Source of the DNA: Botryllus schlosseri | Lineage: Eukaryota | Assembly: GCA_051294905.1 (NCBI GenBank) | Contig: CM119372.1 | Coordinates: 17,920,001-17,984,000, forward strand | Length of the DNA stretch: 64,000 nucleotides | Direction of reading: 5' to 3' | Part shown: positions 53,401 through 63,600 of the stretch, in pieces | Layout of the letters: each line of letters begins with the position of its first letter | Numbering within the stretch: the first letter of the stretch is position 1 | Notes under the pieces: model-generated | What the model was told of the DNA's origin: nothing | Database searches by the model: none | Seen by the model: only the letters and a program-made list of their open reading frames with translations | Position numbers and translations under genes: made by a program

Positions 53401-54483
53401 AACAGGTGACCTTGCGAAGGGGGGTGTTTTCGATAACACCGATACGGCAACTTAATTCTTTCTACTGACAATGTGATGGAGAGCGGCTTAATTCATCAGA
53501 CAAAGACTGGAGGCAACAATAACTAGCAAACACAAATCTAATGGCCACACCGACATTAACAGGTATTCGATAGACCCGAAAATACCAACGTCACCCAACT
53601 GCTGTAATGTCACGGGTACGATGCGGGGTACGAAGCATTTTGAACGGTGTTGCTCAGTTGCGGTTCTCGGCCTTCCAAGACCTCTGTTAGCATCAGTCTA
53701 TCTCACTGTTTGGAGTGCCAATGCCAAACGTCGTAATAGTGATCACTCGGCCATGTGTAGAATATAGAAATTGACGCCTGGCCTATTTGCAAGACCTCAT
53801 GGCTTTGGCAAACTTACTAAAGCGGAAATTCACAAAGTCACTTGCGTACGTGCTTTCATGCCTTTGAATGTTTGTTATCATCGAGTCTGGTCATAAATAG
53901 ACATGGGGACAAATTTGATGCGTTCAGCACAATACACGTTTACCACATCTCATTCCGGACCGTAACCGATCGTTTACCGCACCCTCTATATGGCAAACGT
54001 CGCTTTTGCTCATAGGTAAGCCGATGATCTGTGAAAACACATGCGCTAACGTGCCATTTCGTTATTCCTTCAACGTCACATGACCGCCTATGAAGGCTTT
54101 TTGGGTGCCCACCTATACAGTGTTGAAACGTGATCCATAGGGACCCCACTGCGTGCTATACGCCTAAATAAATATGTTTACTCGAGTATACACCTGGTGT
54201 GGAGCAGTGGAGTGGATGCAGAAAGTAAATTAGACAACGCAAACCAGTTGACAACGTAGATTAATATACGGGGGTTGATAAATTTTGTCAAGTGACTTTT
54301 GAATGGATGTTATTTGTTTGTTGTTTGATGGATAAGATTGTATTCATTCATAAACTACTAATATACTTCTTGTGGTGCTAAACCTGATTATACAGATGAA
54401 TCAGACAGTATTCCGCCAATTGGGACTAGTTGCCCGTCGTCGTGATTGATCTCCTAGTTCGCGGTGGTAACAAAAAAAAAATG
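50453..54483 (-). repeat. Left arm of the 4031-bp inverted repeat
   Basis: Reverse complement of 56008-60038. All paired ORF translations are identical. First mismatches seen at 50452/60039 and 54484/56007. Confidence 0.95.
51598..52773 (-). CDS. Inhibitor of apoptosis (IAP/BIRC-like), 3 BIR domains, no RING, intronless, 391 aa; copy 1
   Basis: BIR motifs RLATF...CFGC...H...C, RRETFEKWP...LAKQGFFYLGDLDRTQCFNC-x16-H-x6-C and RIATF...LAKAGFYY...CFYCGGGL...EHAKWFPQC; AATAAA overlaps the stop codon. Confidence 0.93.
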   Translation of the reverse strand: MFMKELGITSMERYSDPPGQKRVYIASGSHRTELYRLATFAKFSKVSYATRTDLASEGYYWLGFEDKIKCFGCSVYLERWTGSSARRHDANCVRDALNIPIVKSNFKSLLRQCKAVGDANINFANIVDQEHEYRVRNLDLRKESKRRETFEKWPSYPIPRAVGELAKQGFFYLGDLDRTQCFNCSGVLRNWRPTDDVSEIHLMYHPRCCFARGDDSGNVALTEHERNNLDKLLGDKIRRLTLHLQEPHEPSEDEKRCLEQLFPCLNPVNPLMSSLSKRIATFDKGWEPNKIKASVGQLAKAGFYYIDSDRTKCFYCGGGLRWDRGDEVWTEHAKWFPQCEYVIRMKGIEFAQRIEKTHPNLNRPVIRNQARVDQTPKIDLRKRHSCDRSMN

Positions 54484-54924
54484 ATCGCGTAAAATTACTA
54501 ATAAGCTATGCCCCGAGTTTCCGGGTCGCCGCCATACCCCGTAACTATGTGTTTGGAGGGGTGGACGCGCGTTATCGGGTGTACCGAAAGGCTGTTTGCA
54601 CTGCGAATTGGAGTAAATCCAGACTGGTACGCAAAGTCCTGTTATTCCCCATGTTGTGAGGACAAAATCTAGTATATGTCTGACTCTCAAAGATACGTCG
54701 CCGTATCCAGTCCCGACTTCACTCAAAACCGATGAAATTCGGGGGTCCGGAACCGATTCGTGACCACCTCCGTTCAGACAAAATGGTTCTGCTGTCATTA
54801 CACGATATGCGGGGTTTCGTTGCATATTCATTTGCGTACAGTGAAACTTTGTATCGAACCATTGTCGGAATTCTGTTTGATTTGTCTGTACATATGTTGT
54901 TATTGCAGTAGGGTTTAGCACCAC
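54454..54924 (-). pseudogene. Best-preserved copy of an unknown ORF repeated in disrupted form at ~50078-50395 (-) and ~60098-60413 (+)
   Basis: TNQTEFRQ..DTK..CT, TAE..CL.GGGHE..PDP.ISSV.S and TG.G...LRV blocks are recoverable in the other two copies, across stops and frameshifts. Confidence 0.4.
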
Positions 54925-56007
54925 AGGAAGTATATTGGCAAAATCTTATCCATCACACACCGATAACATCTTAACTGTCGGCAAACTCAACGGTCATCAC
55001 TCGTCGTTCGAATGCTTGTAATATCGGTGTGATGTACACAAACCAGTGATTAATCGAGTGTGACACAAACGGTGTCAGTCGACACTCTCCTGTTTGACTA
55101 ACTCGCATATTCGAGCGGGTTGACAGCAATGCGATACATTTGATGTTCACATCGATCCTTATATTTATAGGGCTACCAAAGTCCTCCTCCTTTTCCCAAA
55201 TATGTACAGCCTTCACCCAAATGTCTTCCTTTTTTGTAATTTTGTCCTTATTTTCAGCTTAAAATAACAGAAAACACCACGAATAACGCGAAATGTCGGT
55301 CTGATCGATTTCGGTGAGTGACCTTTCATTTAGCTAACTCGCACAACACAAGTAATTGACGGGTATTTCGGTAGTCAAGTCAGAAGAAATGACATTGTTT
55401 TCTAGTCAATCTAATGAAATTAGCGGTATAAATATAAAAATACGTCTTCCCCAATCGTAACTTGCAACCTGTGAAAAACGTGTACCGCAAAATATCCTCA
55501 TCACCCCCCCAACAAAATATAGTTGCGAAAAATATCGTACTATGGACGTATTGACTCGGCGGAGTGCTACCGTGAGAGAAATGCTGTTTGACCCCCTCGA
55601 CCTAGCCTTGGATTTACCGTTCGAAAAACTCCACCGGAAGAAGCTGTGATCGAGTGTCGCAATCAATGTCAGTCACGCTCCATCAATCTGTTGCTTTGAC
55701 AAAACTTGTACGTATACGCCAGATATGAGTATTGATTAGGATTTAGAAAAAAACGTATTTGTGAAAATTTGCTGGATTAGGATTGCATTAGATTTTGGGA
55801 TTGATTTACTATATCGTACATGCTACAACTGCCTAGCCCCGTCGTGACGAAATAGGATTAATCAGTTGTGGAACGATAAGTTAGGGCTAACCGCTTATAC
55901 CCCTAGTTTATTCTTGAAAGCTCTATAGATTACTGGTTAGCTGTATTTTTGTGGACGACTGACAACAGTTAGTTGTCGCTATTGTACGATTTACACTTTG
56001 TGTTATA

Positions 56008-59000
56008 CATTTTTTTTTTGTTACCACCGCGAACTAGGAGATCAATCACGACGACGGGCAACTAGTCCCAATTGGCGGAATACTGTCTGATTCATCTGTA
56101 TAATCAGGTTTAGCACCACAAGAAGTATATTAGTAGTTTATGAATGAATACAATCTTATCCATCAAACAACAAACAAATAACATCCATTCAAAAGTCACT
56201 TGACAAAATTTATCAACCCCCGTATATTAATCTACGTTGTCAACTGGTTTGCGTTGTCTAATTTACTTTCTGCATCCACTCCACTGCTCCACACCAGGTG
56301 TATACTCGAGTAAACATATTTATTTAGGCGTATAGCACGCAGTGGGGTCCCTATGGATCACGTTTCAACACTGTATAGGTGGGCACCCAAAAAGCCTTCA
56401 TAGGCGGTCATGTGACGTTGAAGGAATAACGAAATGGCACGTTAGCGCATGTGTTTTCACAGATCATCGGCTTACCTATGAGCAAAAGCGACGTTTGCCA
56501 TATAGAGGGTGCGGTAAACGATCGGTTACGGTCCGGAATGAGATGTGGTAAACGTGTATTGTGCTGAACGCATCAAATTTGTCCCCATGTCTATTTATGA
56601 CCAGACTCGATGATAACAAACATTCAAAGGCATGAAAGCACGTACGCAAGTGACTTTGTGAATTTCCGCTTTAGTAAGTTTGCCAAAGCCATGAGGTCTT
56701 GCAAATAGGCCAGGCGTCAATTTCTATATTCTACACATGGCCGAGTGATCACTATTACGACGTTTGGCATTGGCACTCCAAACAGTGAGATAGACTGATG
56801 CTAACAGAGGTCTTGGAAGGCCGAGAACCGCAACTGAGCAACACCGTTCAAAATGCTTCGTACCCCGCATCGTACCCGTGACATTACAGCAGTTGGGTGA
56901 CGTTGGTATTTTCGGGTCTATCGAATACCTGTTAATGTCGGTGTGGCCATTAGATTTGTGTTTGCTAGTTATTGTTGCCTCCAGTCTTTGTCTGATGAAT
57001 TAAGCCGCTCTCCATCACATTGTCAGTAGAAAGAATTAAGTTGCCGTATCGGTGTTATCGAAAACACCCCCCTTCGCAAGGTCACCTGTTTCGGTTGCCT
57101 AATGTACATTCGCTGGTCGAGAGTGTCTCATACCGAGTCGGCGGTGAATTGACGCAACAGTGGGACAATTCGGTTTGTGTTTACTGGTACGCGTTGTTCT
57201 CTGTAATGTCGTTAGAAAACAACTTTAATGAATTGATATCTCTGTCGATTTAGGGTATCGGGCTTATAGACCACTATGAAATCTTATTTAAGTATTGCAC
57301 CGTGAGAGAGAAGCAGACATGGCGGTGCCTGTATAAAAATACTGTTCTCAAATCCACTTTGTCCTCGTTAATATCGGCGAGATACGGCTTTGCATTGACA
57401 TTGCTGTTGTTAAAATACATTGATTGAATACGATTTATTCCTGGCATATGCTGATCGGTGGTCGAATAATGTATCGATTCAGCAATTCGTACCACCGAGT
57501 ACCTAATTATGCTATACACGCCCCGCGGGCTGCAGAAGTTGACCGCTCCTGGTATAACACATATATAAATGGTGCAATAGCGACAGCTAACGGTTGTCAA
57601 TCACACATAAAAGTACAACCAACCAGTAATCGATAGAGCTCGCAAGGATAAACTAGGAATATATATGTGTGAGCTATGGTACAGGTTTAGACACAAAAAG
57701 CTCTGTCTTAGTACTCCATGTTTATGAAAGAGCTTGGCATAACGTCAATGGAGAGATACTCTGATCCGCCCGGACAGAAACGAGTGTATATCGCTTCCGG
57801 TTCACACCGCACTGAATTGTACAGACTCGCCACGTTCGCCAAATTCTCTAAAGTATCATACGCGACACGCACCGATTTAGCGTCTGAAGGATACTACTGG
57901 CTAGGATTTGAAGACAAAATCAAATGCTTTGGATGCAGTGTGTACCTCGAAAGATGGACCGGGTCGAGTGCACGGCGTCATGACGCTAATTGTGTACGAG
58001 ACGCGTTGAACATACCTATTGTGAAATCGAATTTCAAAAGTTTATTGAGACAGTGTAAAGCCGTTGGAGACGCCAACATCAACTTTGCGAATATCGTTGA
58101 TCAAGAGCACGAGTATCGGGTTAGGAATCTCGACTTGCGAAAGGAGTCGAAGCGTCGCGAAACCTTTGAGAAATGGCCCAGCTATCCCATACCACGGGCG
58201 GTCGGCGAGTTGGCAAAACAAGGTTTTTTCTACCTCGGTGACCTGGACAGAACGCAGTGCTTCAACTGCTCCGGCGTTCTCCGCAATTGGAGGCCTACAG
58301 ACGATGTATCTGAAATACACTTGATGTATCACCCGCGTTGTTGTTTCGCACGTGGCGACGATTCGGGGAATGTGGCGCTAACCGAGCACGAACGAAACAA
58401 TTTGGATAAGTTGCTCGGCGACAAAATACGACGTCTCACTCTACATCTACAAGAACCACATGAACCCTCCGAGGACGAAAAGCGATGTCTTGAGCAACTA
58501 TTTCCTTGTCTTAACCCCGTGAACCCTCTCATGTCGTCGTTGTCAAAAAGAATCGCAACGTTCGACAAGGGCTGGGAACCGAATAAAATTAAGGCTAGTG
58601 TTGGACAGTTAGCAAAAGCGGGGTTTTACTACATTGATTCGGACAGAACCAAATGTTTTTACTGTGGCGGCGGGCTTCGTTGGGACCGGGGAGACGAGGT
58701 TTGGACAGAGCATGCAAAATGGTTTCCGCAGTGCGAATACGTAATCCGAATGAAAGGTATCGAGTTTGCGCAACGTATCGAAAAGACACACCCGAATCTC
58801 AATCGTCCTGTGATTAGAAACCAGGCAAGAGTTGATCAAACGCCAAAAATTGATCTGCGGAAACGTCACTCGTGCGATCGATCTATGAATTAAATAAAAC
58901 GATTGTAGTGTATCGACACCTTTTGCGAGACTTGTGTAACTGTGTCTTTTGTGCTGATAACACTACCGATAAATTAGAATGAATTTCGTGTATATTCATT

Positions 59001-60038
59001 GTAATATTATTTGAGCAATAAGAAGATGACGGGGCGCAGTGGCTTACTACGCGAGTCAGTCGGTGTGAATAAGCAGGCGCGTGGCCAGCAACGAAATACA
59101 GTCACTATTTCTGAGGTACTCGAGTCAGTTTTGTCTACTATCACAGTTACCAACGTGCTTGCGCTCGACAGTTTTATGGGGACCTACTCTTTTATAATTA
59201 GGATAGAAGGCGATTTCACGATACCGATATTTCTTAAAAACTACTTGAGTACTCCAAAGCTATATTTTGTCTTTCCGTTTTGAAGTAAATGTAGCATGTG
59301 TTGTAAATCGCTCCAGCTATCTCGATAACCTCGCCAGAATGCGTAGTCTCGTCTGGATCTGCAGTGCTCAGCACATTGTGTATACACAGAGTGGGACTGC
59401 GGTGGCGACTTGCGTCAGTCGAGTAGCGGACGATGTCGATTTCACACGCGTTCCAAAGTACAATTTGTGAGAATGATGTACCACCACCTCGGCTATTCCC
59501 GGTACGACATGGGATCATTTGGCTGTACTAAGGTGGGTATACCCCGTCATGGTCGAGTGCGCTCGATCTTTTTTCATGTAACGGTAGTTTGGGGCGCTTT
59601 TACTATTCACATGTTTACACACGCCCACGTATCCACGTAATAGCCTGCACAATACCATCATAGGGTCATTTTTCCGATTTGGCTACGTAAATACCCGACT
59701 TTTCGTAATCTAGGCCCACATTTTGCGTTACTCGTGGTGTTTTTTTTGAAATGTTGAGCTAACAAGGAGGACAAACTGACAGAAAGAGAGTACATTTAGG
59801 TGAATTGGGTGACATATCTGGGAAATGGAGGACATATGCTCCCCTAAATGAGGCCGCATGGTAACCCCATTAAAATAGGAGGGTCGACGGGGGCATCAAA
59901 TATATCGCACTGTGTTGCTGTCAACCCGAAAACGCGAGTTTTGTCAAGTCGCATATTGATGACTGACAGCGATTGTGTCACGCTCGATTGATCACAGCTG
60001 ATTTACGTACATCACACCGCATCGTTGACCGTTGACCG
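56008..60038 (+). repeat. Right arm of the 4031-bp inverted repeat
   Basis: Reverse complement of 50453-54483. Confidence 0.95.
57718..58893 (+). CDS. Inhibitor of apoptosis (IAP/BIRC-like), 3 BIR domains, no RING, intronless, 391 aa; copy 2 (identical protein)
   Basis: Same translation as 51598-52773. TATATAAA at ~57562 upstream; AATAAA at 58893-58898. Confidence 0.93.
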   Translation: MFMKELGITSMERYSDPPGQKRVYIASGSHRTELYRLATFAKFSKVSYATRTDLASEGYYWLGFEDKIKCFGCSVYLERWTGSSARRHDANCVRDALNIPIVKSNFKSLLRQCKAVGDANINFANIVDQEHEYRVRNLDLRKESKRRETFEKWPSYPIPRAVGELAKQGFFYLGDLDRTQCFNCSGVLRNWRPTDDVSEIHLMYHPRCCFARGDDSGNVALTEHERNNLDKLLGDKIRRLTLHLQEPHEPSEDEKRCLEQLFPCLNPVNPLMSSLSKRIATFDKGWEPNKIKASVGQLAKAGFYYIDSDRTKCFYCGGGLRWDRGDEVWTEHAKWFPQCEYVIRMKGIEFAQRIEKTHPNLNRPVIRNQARVDQTPKIDLRKRHSCDRSMN

Positions 60039-60514
60039 TATGTTGACCGATAAAGTTATTGTCATCGTGATACGATTTTTATCAATATACTCCTTGAGGT
60101 GCCAAATCTGATCGCACTAATAACACCTGTATAGACGAATCAAACAGAATTCCGCCAAAGGGGCGATACCAAGTCTCTTTGTACGTGAATTATTATACAA
60201 CGACACCTATATTACAGCAGAACAATCTTGTCTGGACGGAGGAGGTCACGAAACATCTCCGGACCCGGCACAGATTTCATCAGTTTTCAGCAAAGCCAGA
60301 CTGGATGCGGCCAAATGGCCTTGAGAGTCGGATTTATGCTGTATTTTGCCCTCGCAACATGTGAAAATAACAGGACTTTACGCGCTAGCCGGATTTTTGG
60401 GACTTTGAATTGGCAACCCGAGTATAATCTGTCACAATTCATTCCCATTATTGCACCACCGAGCGCGTATCAGTCAAATAAGGTCAGCCCATATTGCAGT
60501 TCAAGCATGTGCAG

Positions 60515-60680
60515 TAATGATTACGTCATTATGATTGCGTAGTTGATTACTCTAGTTATTACGAGAGCGGCTTTGCTTGGTTCCGGTTCAGTAACGCTGA
60601 GATATGATTACGTCATTATTGCGTAAGTTGATCGCCTTATTTGTTATTGTAGTTGAACCAAGTGCAAGGCAATATATAAC
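60515..60680 (+). promoter_or_regulatory. Putative promoter of the death-domain gene: duplicated CRE/ATF-like sites plus TATA box
   Basis: ATGATTACGTCATTA occurs twice (TTACGTCA at 60521 and 60608) within a ~30-bp direct repeat; TATATAA at 60673-60679, ~50 bp before the ATG. Confidence 0.45.
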
Positions 60681-60727
60681 GTGTAATATTTATTACATGA
60701 TTATTCGCTGTACACTGTAGATCGAAT

Positions 60728-61009
60728 ATGTCCAAGATTACTGCTAGTGATATATACGTCACATTGGATCGGATTGACCCGATGAACTGGTATAGGTTTG
60801 CACGTGAAAAACTTGAGCTATCTGACAATGAAATTGCCGAATGCCAATACATGGATTGCTATAACTTGACTGAGCAACGATATCAAATGATACAGTTATG
60901 GATTCGTAAAAATGGTCGTTACGCTACGATGAACAAACTTAAAGAATTAGTTTACAGTTGTCTGTACCAGATACCTTCGAATAGCAATTCAACTGTTCTG
61001 TTGGACTGA
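60728..61009 (+). CDS. Stand-alone death domain protein, 93 aa, intronless
   Basis: NWYRFAREKLELSDNEIAECQYMDCYNLTEQRYQMIQLWIRKNGRYATMNKLKELV fits the death-domain pattern W..LAR.L.LS..EI......L.EQ.YQML..W....G..AT...L...L (FADD/TNFR1-like); AATAAA at 61252. Confidence 0.8.
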   Translation: MSKITASDIYVTLDRIDPMNWYRFAREKLELSDNEIAECQYMDCYNLTEQRYQMIQLWIRKNGRYATMNKLKELVYSCLYQIPSNSNSTVLLD

Positions 61010-61275
61010 GAGACATAGCGTACTAAGAGGAGAATAATATTGTGTAGACTGGAGAATAATGAAGATGCTCTCAGAAGACTTCAATATCGGTTTATACGCA
61101 ATCATATGCTCATGTATGCGAAACTGGTATTGCTTTCACATCGCAAATCAAAAAAAGGATTCTGATATCAAGAAAGGATGCCAAGCTCTGAAAGAAGCTC
61201 TACACCTTGTTCTGGACGATTAGTTAATGTGCTTGCCCCGTTATTACTTCAAATAAACTGAACATGTGTATTTAA

Positions 61276-61825
61276 TTGTGTAAAATGTGTTATTCGCACG
61301 TGGCGACGATTCCCACAGATCATTTCTCCTCACTATTTAAGTCAACAAAAAAGCAAAAGGCGGACAAGTACGACAGTATGAGACAGACCACAAGCATCAC
61401 TTTACACAGCCGGACGTATGGACACCTAAAACACGCACCAGAATCTAACGGATCAGGAGAAAACTATACTGACGTCACGACCGGTAATTATTCCTATGAC
61501 CCACCGTACACGAAATTGAATCAACCGCGGAACGACGAGTCAACCAGTTTGACGGGTTATTGCTCCCAAGCCACGAAATTGTACCACGAGACGACGGGTC
61601 AGGGCAGGCAACTATTATCAAGCCCCGTCCAGGATCTCATGGATCAGAAGAAAACTATACTGACGTCACGACCGGCAATTATTCCTATGACCTCCCCGTA
61701 CACGAAATTGAATCAAACGCGGAGCGAAAAGTCATCCGGGGGATTTGACGGGCAATTATTCCCAAGACTCGTCCTCGGATTGGCCACGGACCGATAGGTC
61801 GGGACAGGTGGCTATTATCAAGCCC
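61276..61825 (+). pseudogene. Tyrosine-motif-rich ORF built from a ~190-bp tandem duplication, frameshifted; inverted paralog at 48140-48564 (-)
   Basis: Unit encodes GS(H/N)GS(G/E)ENYTDVTTGNYSYD..PYTKLNQ; two units at ~61438 and ~61629; a single frameshifted unit in the left arm. Confidence 0.5.
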
Positions 61826-63417
61826 AATTAAAAAATACTAAATATACAAGTCTCGTGTTCAGAGGTCAAGCGAGGTAAAATCAGGAGGGGGAAAGTACAA
61901 GTAGAATGACTCAAGTCTCATGTCTGAGTACAAAGGTCAATCCAGATTCTTTGTTCGTTTTCTCTCTATCGTTAATTATTCCCCCTTTTTTGATTGCCGC
62001 TATGCAGTCTACGCGGCCGCGTGTCTATTTTCGAAAGCGAAATCGATTATCGTAAATTAGGTCTTGGACAAAGCAACGATAGCAGCGCGTCGTATAATAC
62101 CCGAGCTAGGGAGTTATTATAAACCTGATCCTCGCACCGCCAACGAGCCGTAACCACAATTCTAATACCGCAACAATCCATACACAATTATACCGGGAGC
62201 TTTCAAAATACCAGTTGACGGGCTTCGAGCGATTGTCGACACGTGATCCGTGCTCTGTGATCCGTAACAATATCTAGAGCTTTATTTACATGGTTATTCT
62301 TTCTGGTTCTCGAGAACTCGAGTTGACGCGTATATTTATAGACGTAACAGATCATTTCCACCGTTATAATTTCAGTCAATAAGCAGAGTACGATTCCAGT
62401 ATGACACAGACCGTAGGCGTCGCTTTGCCCAACCAAACGCATCGACACCTAAAACGCGCACCAGGATATCCCGTGTCAGGAGAAAACTCTGCGTCAGACA
62501 ATCATTACCAATCCACATCGTACTATAAACTATTAACACTCGGATGGATACGCTTCGTTTTTTTTTGTAAGTAAGTGAGAATCCACTTTGGCGTATCATC
62601 TGGCCGGACGCGCGTTGACAATCCACCTAAAACACGCACCGGGATCTCACATACGGATCCGAAGGAACAAATACTATACTATTGTTGTTCATAGGGGGAA
62701 ATATAACAATACTATACTGTTGTTGTTCGGGGGAAATATAAAAATTACTAGTAAGTACATACCATCGAAATTAAAAGCCAATCCATTGTTATTCGAGGGA
62801 AAATATAATAAATAATACACAAGTCTCGTGTCCAGAGGTCAGGCGAGGTAGAATCAGGAGTGGAAAAGTACAAGTAGAATGACTCCAGTTTGATGTCTGA
62901 GTACAAAGGTCAATCCAGATTCTTTGTTCGTTTTCTCTCTAATTATTCCCCTTTTTTAATTGCCGCACAGTCAGAAGGGAAATCCCCTCGAGTATTGCTG
63001 CAGAATTGAGAATGAGCTAATTCTTTCACTATCTTTTATATTCATAATTCTTGTTTGTTTAAGTTAAATCGTGTTTTGGCACATTCCGCCCATTTATCAA
63101 ACTACTAACATTAAACGGAGCACCGCCGACGGCGATTAACATTTAACCTTAAAATCCCAGAACATCGGCGACACCTTCGATATTATTATCTTCAGCAGCT
63201 GAAATGTCTCATGTCCATGACATCCACATTAGTTGAGTTGAAAAAATTATGAGGGCCCAATACCAGCCTGTGGGGTTGCATGACAATGTGCTGTTTCCAC
63301 CCTGGATAGGAGGGGGCACAAGAAACATTTATTGACAGCTCAAGGGGTACGAGCGTACCGTACTCTTTAAGGGTGTATTACTTTGGTAGGATGTACTGGG
63401 GTGTACCAAATATCAGT

Positions 63418-63600
63418 AGGGGTCTCAGCTTTCCCGTGGCCACTTACTGGCCACAGATTTTTTTGTGGCCGGCCACGAATATCTGGTGGCCGGCCATGAA
63501 AATGCGTTGTCTCGTGGCCGGCCACAGTGAATTTCATGGCCGGCCATAAGAATTCATCATGGCCGGCCACGAGTTCATGGCCAGTTCGTGATTTTGGCAC
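63418..63600. repeat. TGGCCGGCCA(C/T) repeat array, probably the subterminal region of a DNA transposon
   Basis: About 5 full and several partial GTGGCCGGCCAC motifs after TAGGGGTCTCA. Confidence 0.55.

Larger units (their letters stand above)
47670..63117. repeat. ~15.4-kb quasi-palindrome: identical inner arms and diverged, shuffled outer arms
   Basis: Mirror ORF pairs all sum to 110491 (e.g. 51598+58893, 52773+57718). Further inverted homologies: 47670-48020 vs 62755-63117, 48140-48425 vs 61366-61825, 49268-49529 vs 61998-62247, 49957-50452 vs 60039-60461. Confidence 0.9.

Noticed and set aside
51622..58869. Small ORFs antisense to or overlapping the IAP genes, and mirrored ORFs in the arms
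   Set aside because: Shadow frames with no recognisable motifs; their duplication simply reflects the inverted repeat.
50453..60038. Inverted repeat as a pure sequencing or assembly fold-back artefact
   Set aside because: Considered unlikely because the symmetry continues into diverged outer arms and the spacer is distinct; not fully excluded without reads.
47670..63117. Polinton/Maverick, Teratorn or Helitron assignment for the palindrome
   Set aside because: No pPolB, integrase, capsid, RepHel or transposase ORF, and no defined termini or TSD were recognised.
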